This document shows, in pieces, positions 8,551 to 18,613 of a stretch of DNA of 64,000 bases. The stretch comes from an uncultured Actinomycetes bacterium (GTDB lineage: Bacteria > Actinomycetota > Actinomycetes > Streptosporangiales > Streptosporangiaceae), in contig CAVRHH010000024.1 of NCBI GenBank assembly GCA_963720945.1, forward strand, positions 1-64,000, in the 5' to 3' direction. The notes under the pieces are model-generated. The model was not told where the DNA came from, did not search any database, and saw only the letters and a list, made by a program, of their open reading frames with translations. A program made the translations under genes and the position numbers. Each line of letters begins with the position of its first letter. Position 1 is the first letter of the stretch.

Positions 8551-9807
8551 ATGCGATCCCCGCACGCGCGGCCGGTCACGCTGGGCCTGGCCGCCACCGG
8601 AATCTTCGTCGTCTCCAGCGCGATGAGCGGAACGGCCCTGGCGGCCGCCTCACCGTCGGCGACAGCCACGCCGTCGGCCACCGGCGCGTCCAGCACCCCG
8701 GCGTCCTCCAGCACCAGCACCCCGGCGCCCTCGATCTCGGCGGTCTCTCACGCCGCTGCGTCCCCTACCGCTGCGTCCCCTACCGCTGCGTCCCCTACCG
8801 CCGCGGCCACCTCGTCAGCGCCGGCGGTCAAGGCGACGAACAGCGCGACGGTCAAGGCGACGAACAGCGCGACGGCCTCCACCAGCGCGTCACCGTCGCC
8901 CGCTGCATCGTCACCCGCTGCGAGCGCCACGCCGACCGCCACGCCCACGCCGACCCCGAAGCCCACACCGACCGCCACGCCCACGCCGACGAAACCCGCC
9001 GTCGCCGTGACGGCCTCCGGGACCAGCGTGCAGGCGGGCGGCACCGTCCTGTTCCGCATCTCCGCCTGGTCCAGCTCGGCCGAAAACGGGACGATCGCGA
9101 CCACCCTGACGCCCAGCGCGAAGAGCCCCACCTTCAGCCAGCCGGTATTCACGGTCGACAGCTGCGCCAGCAACCCGACGAAGACGAGCTGCGACCTGAC
9201 CCTCCCGGCGGCACAGCCCTCCGCGCCGCAGATCGAGGCCTCGGTGAGTGTGCCGAAGACGGCCCCCGCAGGGGAGACGATCAAGTTCACCGCCACCGTT
9301 TCCGTCCCGGACGGCAGCGGCTCGCCGCTGACCGCGACCGTCAACGGCCCCACGGTCACGGTGGCAAAGTCCGCCTCACCCACCCCCACGTCGAGCAGCG
9401 CGAAGAAGCCCACGGGCGCAGGCGCCTCGCAGAGCCCGGGCGTCAGCGTAAGCGGCTCCAGCGCCACGATCGCGGGCGTCTCGGGGTCGACCTACAGCCT
9501 GCCCCTCGGGACGATTCCGGTCGTCGGAGTCGGCGTCCCGGGCACCACCACCACCACGATCCCGGCGGGGAGCGCGTCAAGCCTGTTCCCGCAGATCAGC
9601 CCCTCCGCCGTACCCAGCCCGGCGCCGGGCAGCCCGGCCGTCAAGGGAGATCCGGTCGCCGACCCTTCGACGATCCCGCTCTCGCTCGGCAGTTCCGAAT
9701 TCGGGGCACAGATCGCCGGGCTGATCATCCTGCTGCTCGGCGTGGCTATCGCGGTGACCAGGATCTCGGTGCGGAAGGTACGCCACACCGGCAAGTCCGG
9801 CAGCTGA
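8551..9807 (+). CDS. Secreted Ser/Thr/Pro/Ala-rich repetitive cell-surface protein with C-terminal TM anchor
   Basis: Signal peptide, low-complexity tandem repeats (AASPT x3, VKATNSAT x2), C-terminal hydrophobic segment followed by basic residues. Confidence 0.6.
   Translation: MRSPHARPVTLGLAATGIFVVSSAMSGTALAAASPSATATPSATGASSTPASSSTSTPAPSISAVSHAAASPTAASPTAASPTAAATSSAPAVKATNSATVKATNSATASTSASPSPAASSPAASATPTATPTPTPKPTPTATPTPTKPAVAVTASGTSVQAGGTVLFRISAWSSSAENGTIATTLTPSAKSPTFSQPVFTVDSCASNPTKTSCDLTLPAAQPSAPQIEASVSVPKTAPAGETIKFTATVSVPDGSGSPLTATVNGPTVTVAKSASPTPTSSSAKKPTGAGASQSPGVSVSGSSATIAGVSGSTYSLPLGTIPVVGVGVPGTTTTTIPAGSASSLFPQISPSAVPSPAPGSPAVKGDPVADPSTIPLSLGSSEFGAQIAGLIILLLGVAIAVTRISVRKVRHTGKSGS
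8754..8798 (+). repeat. 15-bp tandem repeat x3 (cgctgcgtcccctac) inside the surface-protein gene, followed by a 24-bp x2 repeat at 8827-8874
   Basis: Direct reading. Confidence 0.8.
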
Positions 9808-9889
9808 CGGACCGCCTGCTGGCTCCCGCTCCGGCTGGCTGGCCGCTGCCGTTTCCTGACGGCTGGCTCGCGCTTCGGCCGGCTGGGCG

Positions 9890-11180
9890 CTAGTGCTTCT
9901 GCCGGACAACCAGCTCAACGTGCGGCCGGATCTGGCGCATCGTATTGGCCAGGGCCGACGCGTTCATGGTGGGCGACACGACCTCACCGAAGCTGTCGTT
10001 GTCGAACCAGGCGCACATGGCCACACTGCCCGGCTCCGAAGCGGTCGCGTTCACGCACGCGGCCTCGCCGCCGAGGCTGCCCGCGCTGGTGATGCCGGCG
10101 CCCTTGAAACGCTGGGTGAAGCTGGTCACCGAGACCTTCGGCGAGGCGTTGAGCAGGTTGCCGCCAATGAACAGGACGATCTGCGGCGTGGTTCCTGACG
10201 TCGAGTCCCCGGCCTCGTAGACCGCCTCGACGACATGGCGCGCCTGGCCCGCGCTCATGTTCACGACGTCCTGGCGCAACTGCCCGACGTTCATCTGCTG
10301 TTCCAGCGCGGGCCGCCGGATGAAGGCGTTCAGCTTGTCCGGGGTGACCAGGGTGTGGTCCGGGCCGCCGGGCCCGGACGGGAAGGCCAGCGTGAAGATG
10401 GCTGCCAGCGTCCCGGCGAACACGACCACCACGCCAGCCAGCGCGAACCAGAGCCTGCGGTCACCGCTGCGGCCCCGGCGGCGGCAGGCCGGGCGGCTGC
10501 CGGGCCGGGGGCGGAGCAGCGCGCCGGTGCCGCCGGTCTTCGGGCCGCGGCCCAGGCTCGCGGCCGGCGGGTCGATCGAGGTGCCGGCCGGGTCCACGTG
10601 GTCGAAGAAACCCGAGCCGCCCTCCAGCACGCCGATGGCGTCGCCCGCCTCGGCCCCGGCCAGGACGGTGCCGTGATCCCCGGGTGCGGCCGGGCCGCCC
10701 GCGAAGCCGGACGGGTCCACGCCGGTCATGCCGAGCGTCCCGGCGGGCGCGGGGGCGTCCAGGAAACCCTGGCTGGCCCCGGCCGCGCCGGGATGGTAGT
10801 TGTACAGGTCAACGTGGTCCGAGATCCCGGTGCTGTCGAGCATGCCGGTGGCATCCAGCATGCCGGTGGCGGCCGGGTCCGGCAGGCCGGCGGAAAGCTC
10901 ACCGATGGCGCCGGCCCCGGGCGGGTACTGACCCGACACGTACTCGGACGACACGTAACCTGGCACGCCGTCCGGGCCGTACGCCCCGCGTTCCGGGGCT
11001 CCGTAGCCCGGGCCGGGACCGTAGCCGCCCGCGGCGTACGCCGGATCGCCGCCGGCGTCCGCGGCTAGCTCCTGGCCGTGGTCCTCGTAACCGGCGGTGC
11101 CGTCATGGCCGGCCGGGTACGCCCCGGTGCCGTCAGCCGGCGTCCGGGGACGCCGCCCCGTCCTGGACCGCCCCGTCCTG
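9890..11180 (-). CDS. Continuation of the same protein in another frame: more Y/G-rich sequence, a TM helix (LWFALAGVVVVFAGTLAAIFTLAF) and a ~200-aa extracytoplasmic domain of unknown function
   Basis: Composition continuity across the frame change. C-terminal domain PDHTLVTPDKLNAFIRRPALEQQMNVGQ...HVELVVRQKH. Confidence 0.45.
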
Positions 11181-12113
11181 GTAGCCGTCGCCGGTGTAGG
11201 CGGGCTCAGCCTGGGTGGTCCCGGCGTATCCGGCACCTGCGCGCGGGGGGTCGTCGTAGGCCAGGTCGCCGTAGCTGGGGTCGTCGTACCGGGGGTCGCC
11301 GTAGTCCTGGTAGCCGTAATCCTGCCCGGCGGGTACCGGGGGCTGATAGCCCTGGCGGCCGGTGCCCGGCTGCGGATAGCCGGCGCCCGGCTGCGGATAG
11401 CCGGCGCCCGGTTCCGGCTCCGGGTAACCGGGATAACCGCCGTCCGGGTAGACCTCCTCCTGGCCCGCGTCCGGGTAGCCCGCGTAGCTGGTCCCCTGGT
11501 ACCCCGCCGGGTTCGCATGGCCCGGCTGACCGTAGCCGCCGGCCTCGTGGCCCTCGTACGCGTCCTCCGGGTAGCCGCCCGCTGAGTACTGCCCCGTGTA
11601 CTGCTCGGGGACGTACTGCTCGCCCTGGTGGGCGTACTGCTCGCCCTGGTACCCCTGGCCGTACGCGGCGCCGCCGTACGGGATCTCCTCGTACGTTCCC
11701 TCGTCGTAGGAGCCGTCCCCGTCTGCTCCGTACCGGCCGTCCCCGGCCTCGTACGCGCCGTCCCCGGCGCCGGTGCCGCCGTAGCCCGCCTCGGTGTAGA
11801 CAGGAGCACCGTACAGCTCACCTGGGCCGGTGGCGCCGTGGCCGCCGTGCGTGCCCGGCAGTGGGCCGGAGGGATGCGACGCGTCCGCGGGGCCTGGCTC
11901 GCCCTGGGCGCCGTACCAGTCCGTCTCGTCATAGCTGGGCGGCAGATCATAGGGCCCGAATGCGCCGCTGTCGCCCGCGTCTGACGTGTAGCGGGCGTAG
12001 CCTGAGTAGCCGCGCTCGGCAGCACGGGAATCGTGCACCGCGCCGACGGCGGAAGCGTGCCGAACCGGCTCCCACCGGTTGCCATCTTCCTCCGGCGGCC
12101 ATCCGCTACTCAT
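11133..12113 (-). CDS. N-terminal Tyr/Gly/Pro-rich intrinsically disordered (cytoplasmic) domain of a membrane protein; reading frame breaks near 11130-11190
   Basis: 326 aa ORF MSSGWPPEEDG... with YGxxGY-type repeats. A 14-bp tandem duplication (ccccgtcctgg..) lies at the frame change. Confidence 0.5.
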   Translation of the reverse strand: MSSGWPPEEDGNRWEPVRHASAVGAVHDSRAAERGYSGYARYTSDAGDSGAFGPYDLPPSYDETDWYGAQGEPGPADASHPSGPLPGTHGGHGATGPGELYGAPVYTEAGYGGTGAGDGAYEAGDGRYGADGDGSYDEGTYEEIPYGGAAYGQGYQGEQYAHQGEQYVPEQYTGQYSAGGYPEDAYEGHEAGGYGQPGHANPAGYQGTSYAGYPDAGQEEVYPDGGYPGYPEPEPGAGYPQPGAGYPQPGTGRQGYQPPVPAGQDYGYQDYGDPRYDDPSYGDLAYDDPPRAGAGYAGTTQAEPAYTGDGYQDGAVQDGAASPDAG

Positions 12114-12210
12114 GTTTCCGGGTCACCCCCGAGTGTCATAGAGCAAGGCCGACCTACGTCCAATTTCCATCATTGCGACAAAACAGGCGGCTCCGCTACC
12201 TCATCCGTGA

Positions 12211-13704
<1,494 letters not shown>

Positions 13705-13829
13705 TCCCGGACGGCCCGGGCCAAGGTATTCCCCCGGCCCGGCCCGGGCCGCCCGGCGCACAGCGCCCGGCGCGAGCCTGAACGGGGCGTTCGGGCTGAT
13801 GTGACCGATCCCGGACGGGCCCGGCCGGG

Positions 13830-14018
13830 TCAGGGGATGGGGACGCCCCCGGCGGGGAAGGTGAGCTCGCCGCCCAGGTAGCGGAAGACCGGGTCGCCGG
13901 GCCGGGCCGTCAGCGGGGCGATGTCCAGCAGGCGGAGGGTCCGGCCGGGGCGGGCCAGCCGGGGCCGGAGCATCGTCCCGATCCGGCCGGCCGCGCCGGT
14001 CATCAGGATGGCCGGCAC
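13830..14018 (-). pseudogene. 62-aa N-terminal fragment of an NAD(P)-binding (Rossmann, SDR/epimerase-like) protein
   Basis: MTGAAGRIGTMLRPRL... glycine-rich NAD-binding motif, then stop. No continuation in other frames. Confidence 0.25.
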
Positions 14019-14078
14019 AGTGGCTCCTCGCTGTGTGCGCCCGGGCTGCCTGCGCCCGGTCCCGGAATCCGCGCGGTC

Positions 14079-15164
14079 TCAGAAGACAACGACGCTGCGC
14101 AGTACCTCACCGCGTTCCATCTTGCCGAACGCCTTCTCCACGTCGTCCAGCGCGATCGTCTCCGACACGAACTTCTCCAGCGGCAGGCGGCCGCCCAGGT
14201 GCAGGTCGACGAGCATCGGGAAGTCGCGGGTGGGCAGGCAGTCGCCGTACCAGGACGATTTGACGGCGCCGCCGCGGCCGAAGACGTCCAGCAGCGGCAG
14301 TTCCAGCCGCATCTCCGGGGTCGGCACACCGACGAGCACGACGGTCCCGGCCAGGTCGCGCGCGTAGAAAGCCTGCTGGTAGGTTTCCGGGCGGCCGACC
14401 GCATCGATGACCACGTCCGCGCCGAAGCCGCCGGTGAGCTCGCGGATGCGCCCGACCGGGTCACCGGCCCGCGCGTTGACCACGTCGGTCGCGCCGAACT
14501 GGCGCGCCCAGTCCAGCTTGCGGTCGTCCACGTCCACGGCGATGATGCGCGCCGCTCCCGCCAGGCTGGCGCCGAGGACGGCGGCGTCTCCCACGCCCCC
14601 GCAGCCGATCACGGCGACCGAATCACCCCGGCTGACCTGCCCGGTGTTCAGTGCGGCCCCCAGCCCGGCCATCACCCCGCAGCCCAGCAGGCCCGCCACC
14701 TCGGGGCGGACGGCCGGGTTGACCTCCGTGCACTGCCCGGCGGCGACCAGCGTCTTCTCGGCGAACGCGCCGATGCCGAGCGCGGGCGACAGCGGGGTGC
14801 CGTCGGCCAGCGTCATCTTCTGGCTCGCGTTGTGCGTATTGAAGCAGTACCAGGGCCGCCCGCGGCGGCAGGCGCGGCACTGCCCGCAGACCGCGCGCCA
14901 GTTAAGGATGACGAAGTCGCCGGGGGCCACGTCGGTGACGCCGTCGCCGACGGCTTCGACCACTCCGGCCGCCTCATGCCCGAGAAAGTAGGGGAAGTCG
15001 TCGCCGATCCCGCCCTGCTTGTAGTGCAGGTCGGTGTGGCAGACGCCGCACGCCTGGACGTGCACCAGGGCCTCTCCCGGTCCCGGATCCGGTACCAGAA
15101 TCGTCGTGACCTCGACTGGAGCACCCTTTTCGCGCGCGATCACGCCCTGCACGCTGTCCGCCAT
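14079..15164 (-). CDS. Zn-dependent class III alcohol dehydrogenase, homologue of S-(hydroxymethyl)mycothiol (formaldehyde) dehydrogenase
   Basis: [22 protein letters not shown] and [10 protein letters not shown] motifs. ATG at 15162-15164 (MADSVQGV). Confidence 0.85.
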   Translation of the reverse strand: MADSVQGVIAREKGAPVEVTTILVPDPGPGEALVHVQACGVCHTDLHYKQGGIGDDFPYFLGHEAAGVVEAVGDGVTDVAPGDFVILNWRAVCGQCRACRRGRPWYCFNTHNASQKMTLADGTPLSPALGIGAFAEKTLVAAGQCTEVNPAVRPEVAGLLGCGVMAGLGAALNTGQVSRGDSVAVIGCGGVGDAAVLGASLAGAARIIAVDVDDRKLDWARQFGATDVVNARAGDPVGRIRELTGGFGADVVIDAVGRPETYQQAFYARDLAGTVVLVGVPTPEMRLELPLLDVFGRGGAVKSSWYGDCLPTRDFPMLVDLHLGGRLPLEKFVSETIALDDVEKAFGKMERGEVLRSVVVF

Positions 15165-15284
15165 CGGCTCACCCTCCCACCCGGGCCCGGCCGCCCGGCC
15201 GGATCTGGCCGCGGCGCCTCTCACCCTCATTACTTATCAGAGAAGGAACGGGCCGCCGGTGCCCGGCACAGCCAACGGCGCGTG

Positions 15285-17141
15285 CTACGGCTTGCCCGTC
15301 AGGAGGCCGCCGGCGCCCTGGCTGACGTTGCCGACCACGGTGCCCACGCTGCCGGTGACGCCGCTGACCGTGCTCCCGGCGTTCTTGACGGTGCCGCCGA
15401 CGGCGCCGCCGGCCTGCGTGACCGTGCTGCCCACGCCGGTGCTGCCCAGTCCGGCGCTGTTCACGCCCGCGCCCAGCTGCTGGGCTACGCCGGCCACCGC
15501 GTTGCCGAGGGTATTGGTGGTCGGGCCCAGCACGGTGCCGAGAACCTGGGTGGCGCCCGAGACGACCTGCCCGGTCCCGCTGACCGTGCCGCCGAGGGTG
15601 CCGCCCACGCCCTTGGTGACCGTCCCGATCGCCCCGATCGCCCCGCCGAGCCCGCTCAGCGCGGCAGACCCGGTGCCTGGGCTCGCGGTGGTCCCGCCGG
15701 TCGCGCCGGGACGGCCCGCGGTGCCCGCACCGGTCCCGGCGGGCGCGGCGCCGGCCGGCGTTCCCGCGGCGGGACTGCCGGACCCGGCGCCCGCCGCGCA
15801 GATCCGGGCGGCGACACCAGCGCAGCCGGTTCCCGTGGCCCCGCCGCCCGGGGTCACCGACGAGGCCGAGCCGAGCGGGCTGGCGGCGGCCGGGACGCGG
15901 CTGGATGCGGATGGGCCCGCCGGAGACACCGCGGCGGCCGGCACGGCCCGCCGGGAACCGGCGCCCAGGGGCCCGTACGGGCTGACGCTGACCGCGAAAA
16001 CCACGCCGCCGGCCACGGCCAGCCCGGCGGCGGCACTCGCGGCCGCGGCCACCGGGTGCAGCCGCACGTGCCCGCTCAGCCAGGCCCGGCCGCCCCGCCG
16101 GGCCGCGGCGCCAGCCTTGAGCCCCGCTCCCGCCGTCAGCCCCGCTCCGGCTTTCGCGCCCACGCCGGCCTTGAGGCCGGCGGCCGCCTTGGCCCCGGCC
16201 CCGGCCTTCACCGCGGCCGGGAGGACTCCATGGCCCGCGGAAGCCAGGGCGCCCGCACCGGCCAGCGCGGCGGGGGTGAGGATCGCCCCGAGCCGGCTGT
16301 TGACTTCGGTCAGCTCCGTGGCCAGGGCATAACAGCTGGGGCAGTGCTCGAGATGCTCATGGACGGCGCTACGGCGGCGCCGGCTGAGCCGACCGCGGGC
16401 GTCGGCGCCGAGCGCCTCCGCGTACGAACGGCAGGACGCGGAGATATTGCCGCCGATGTGCTCCTGCAGGTAGGCCTGCCGGAGCCCTTCGCGGGCCCGG
16501 ACGGCCAGGGCCGAGACGCCGTTGGCGGACAGCCCGAACATCGGCGCGACGGCAGCGGGCGCCTTCCCCTCGACCTCCAGCTGCCAGAGGACGGCGCGCC
16601 AGCGGGCCGGCAGGTGCGCAAAGGCCTGGGCGACCAGGCGGGCCTCGGCCCGGGCCTCGGTTTCCGCTTCCGGGCCGCGCGACAGCCGGGCGACGCCCAT
16701 GTTCTCTTCCGGCACGCGGTCTTCGAGGTCCTCGCCGAGATCGCCGACGACGGTGGTGCGGCGGCTGGCCCGCAGCCAGTCGTTGGCCGTGTTGCGCACC
16801 GCCGTCAGCAGGTAGGCCCGGAAGGCGAGGCCCGGCCCGCCGCCGGCCCGGATCGCGCCGAGCACCCGGGTGAAGGCCTCGGCGACGATATCGTCGGCGA
16901 CGTCACGCGGCACCATCGACAGGGCGACCCGGCGGGCGGCCGGCGCGTGCTCGACGTACAGCTCCTCATAGGTCTGGCCGGCGACGTCACCGATCGGCAG
17001 GATCGCCAGATCGTCAGGCCTGCGGTGCCGCGGCCGGCGACCGCTATCGGGGATCTGTCCGCCTGCTGTCCCGCTGAGCACAATGGCCTCCGGGCTGTGT
17101 CGGGTGCGGGACCGATAATGCCAACAATAAGGCCTCAACAC
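15285..17141 (-). CDS. ECF sigma factor fused in frame to a zf-HC2 anti-sigma-like domain, TM helix and Gly/Thr/Ala-rich repetitive C-terminal region
   Basis: Sigma region 2 (DDIVAEAFTRVLGAIRAG) and region 4 (VAPMFGLSANGVSALAVRAREGLRQ). HEHLEHCPSCY zinc-finger. KAGAGAK repeats. TM segment. A likely true start is GTG at 17078-17080 (minus strand), preceded by GGAGG. Confidence 0.7.
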   Translation of the reverse strand: MLRPYCWHYRSRTRHSPEAIVLSGTAGGQIPDSGRRPRHRRPDDLAILPIGDVAGQTYEELYVEHAPAARRVALSMVPRDVADDIVAEAFTRVLGAIRAGGGPGLAFRAYLLTAVRNTANDWLRASRRTTVVGDLGEDLEDRVPEENMGVARLSRGPEAETEARAEARLVAQAFAHLPARWRAVLWQLEVEGKAPAAVAPMFGLSANGVSALAVRAREGLRQAYLQEHIGGNISASCRSYAEALGADARGRLSRRRRSAVHEHLEHCPSCYALATELTEVNSRLGAILTPAALAGAGALASAGHGVLPAAVKAGAGAKAAAGLKAGVGAKAGAGLTAGAGLKAGAAARRGGRAWLSGHVRLHPVAAAASAAAGLAVAGGVVFAVSVSPYGPLGAGSRRAVPAAAVSPAGPSASSRVPAAASPLGSASSVTPGGGATGTGCAGVAARICAAGAGSGSPAAGTPAGAAPAGTGAGTAGRPGATGGTTASPGTGSAALSGLGGAIGAIGTVTKGVGGTLGGTVSGTGQVVSGATQVLGTVLGPTTNTLGNAVAGVAQQLGAGVNSAGLGSTGVGSTVTQAGGAVGGTVKNAGSTVSGVTGSVGTVVGNVSQGAGGLLTGKP

Positions 17142-17310
17142 CAGTTGATAGCCGGAGAATCACCGTCTATATGAGCTGGCCGACTGGGATATTCCGGCGA
17201 TTCGCACCGGAACGGAACAACCGGGTGGATAGGTAACCGTGCCGGCGGGCCGGCGAATTTCCGCCTTGTCCCGGTGCTTTTCGGACATGGCCCGCATTGT
17301 CCTTTATCTG

Positions 17311-18564
17311 CTATCCGCGCGCCTTTTCCTCAACGCTGCGTTCCCGCTCGCCGGGCCGGCCCGCCCGGCCTTTCCAGGCGCCGCCCCGGCCCGCGTAGTG
17401 CCGCCGGCCCGAGTCGGCGGTCATGGCCGCGTACATGAGCGCGATAGCGGGAAGCGTGGGGGCCCGCATCGGCGACAGCCGGTACAGCCGCAGCATCGGC
17501 AGGTAGCTGACCGCCATCGCCGCCCAGCCGGCCGCGCCGGCCGCCGCGCAGAGCGGCGGCCCGGCGCCGATCCGGCCCGCGCCCCCGGCCAGCGCGATCA
17601 GGCCCGCTATCGCACTGACCGGGGGCAGCACGTAGAGCCAGGCCAGGCCGGCGAGCGTGCCGGCCAGCAGCCACGGCGAGTACCGGAGCTGGGTGTAGGC
17701 CGACCGCGCCACCATGTCCCACAGGTCCGCGAGCCCGTGATACGGGCGGACGCTCCGGACGCTGGTGGTGAGCCCCAGCCAGCACCGCCCCCGGGACGGT
17801 GGCCGCTTCAGCAGGCGGCCGAGGGCGACGTCATCGATGAGCGCACCGCGGATGGGAGCCAGGCCGCCGGCCGCATCGAGCGCGCGGCGGCGGACGAGCA
17901 TGCATCCGCCCGCCGCTGCGGCGGTACGGCCGCCCGGGCGGTTGACCCAGCGGAACGGGTACAGCTGGGCGAAGAAGTAGACGAACGCCGGGATGATCGC
18001 CTTCTCCCAGCCGGTCTCCGTGCGCAGCAGGACCATCTGCGATACCAGGTCACGGTCGCTGGCCTCGGCCGCGGCTACCAGCGCGCGCAGCGCACCGGGC
18101 TGCTGCCAGGCGATGTCGGCGTCGGTGAACAGGATGTAGGGCGCGCCGGCGCCGGCCGCCGCCAGTCCCTGCGCCATCGCCCAGGGTTTGCCGGCCCAGC
18201 CGGGCGGCGGAGCCGCGCCGGGCACGACGCGCAGCGCACGGGGCGCCCCGGCGGCGAGGGCGGCGGCGACCTCACCGGTGCCGTCGGAGCTGCTGTCGTC
18301 GACGAGCGTGACCGAGAACGGGCCGGGATAGTCCTGGGCCAGCAAAGCCGGCAGTGTGACCGGCAGGACGGCCGCCTCGTCCCGGGCCGGCACGACGGCG
18401 GCGACCTCCGGCCATACGAGGGTACCGGCGGCACCGGCAGACCCGGCATCTCCCGCGGCCGGGCCGGGCAGCCGCTGATCCGTCCGCCAGAACCCGCCGT
18501 GCCCCGTCAGCAGCACGGCCCAGGCCACGGCGGCCAGCGCCGCGGCGATACCCAGAGCACCCAC
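17311..18564 (-). CDS. Family 2 glycosyltransferase with C-terminal transmembrane domain (polyprenyl-phosphate sugar synthase-like)
   Basis: GT2 signature VTLVDDSSSDGTGE...FTDADI, followed by about four TM helices. Confidence 0.75.
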   Translation of the reverse strand: MGALGIAAALAAVAWAVLLTGHGGFWRTDQRLPGPAAGDAGSAGAAGTLVWPEVAAVVPARDEAAVLPVTLPALLAQDYPGPFSVTLVDDSSSDGTGEVAAALAAGAPRALRVVPGAAPPPGWAGKPWAMAQGLAAAGAGAPYILFTDADIAWQQPGALRALVAAAEASDRDLVSQMVLLRTETGWEKAIIPAFVYFFAQLYPFRWVNRPGGRTAAAAGGCMLVRRRALDAAGGLAPIRGALIDDVALGRLLKRPPSRGRCWLGLTTSVRSVRPYHGLADLWDMVARSAYTQLRYSPWLLAGTLAGLAWLYVLPPVSAIAGLIALAGGAGRIGAGPPLCAAAGAAGWAAMAVSYLPMLRLYRLSPMRAPTLPAIALMYAAMTADSGRRHYAGRGGAWKGRAGRPGERERSVEEKARG

Positions 18565-18613
18565 AGGGGAAGCCTGGCACAGGGCAGCCGTGGCGCGGGC
18601 CGTGGGCCGTGGG

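Noticed and set aside
6100-8565. 821-aa minus-strand ORF antisense to the SSS transporter
   Set aside because: Extreme Arg/Gly/Pro/Asp composition typical of antisense frames in high-GC DNA. The sense-strand gene has strong family signatures.
8754-8874. CRISPR array
   Set aside because: The repeats are short tandem coding repeats inside protein genes with no spacers. No CRISPR-like repeat-spacer architecture occurs anywhere in the window.
8238-9893. 551-aa plus-strand ORF overlapping the surface-protein gene in another frame
   Set aside because: Arg/His/Asp-rich garbage. The signal-peptide-bearing frame (8551..9807) is the coding one.
14199-17174. 991-aa plus-strand ORF spanning the ADH and sigma/anti-sigma genes
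   Set aside because: Antisense artefact. Both underlying minus-strand genes have unambiguous domain signatures.
17141-17311. GGAAC...GTAAC ECF-like promoter motif on the plus strand between the sigma fusion and GT2 genes
   Set aside because: Both flanking genes are on the minus strand, so a plus-strand promoter here would drive nothing. The match is probably fortuitous.
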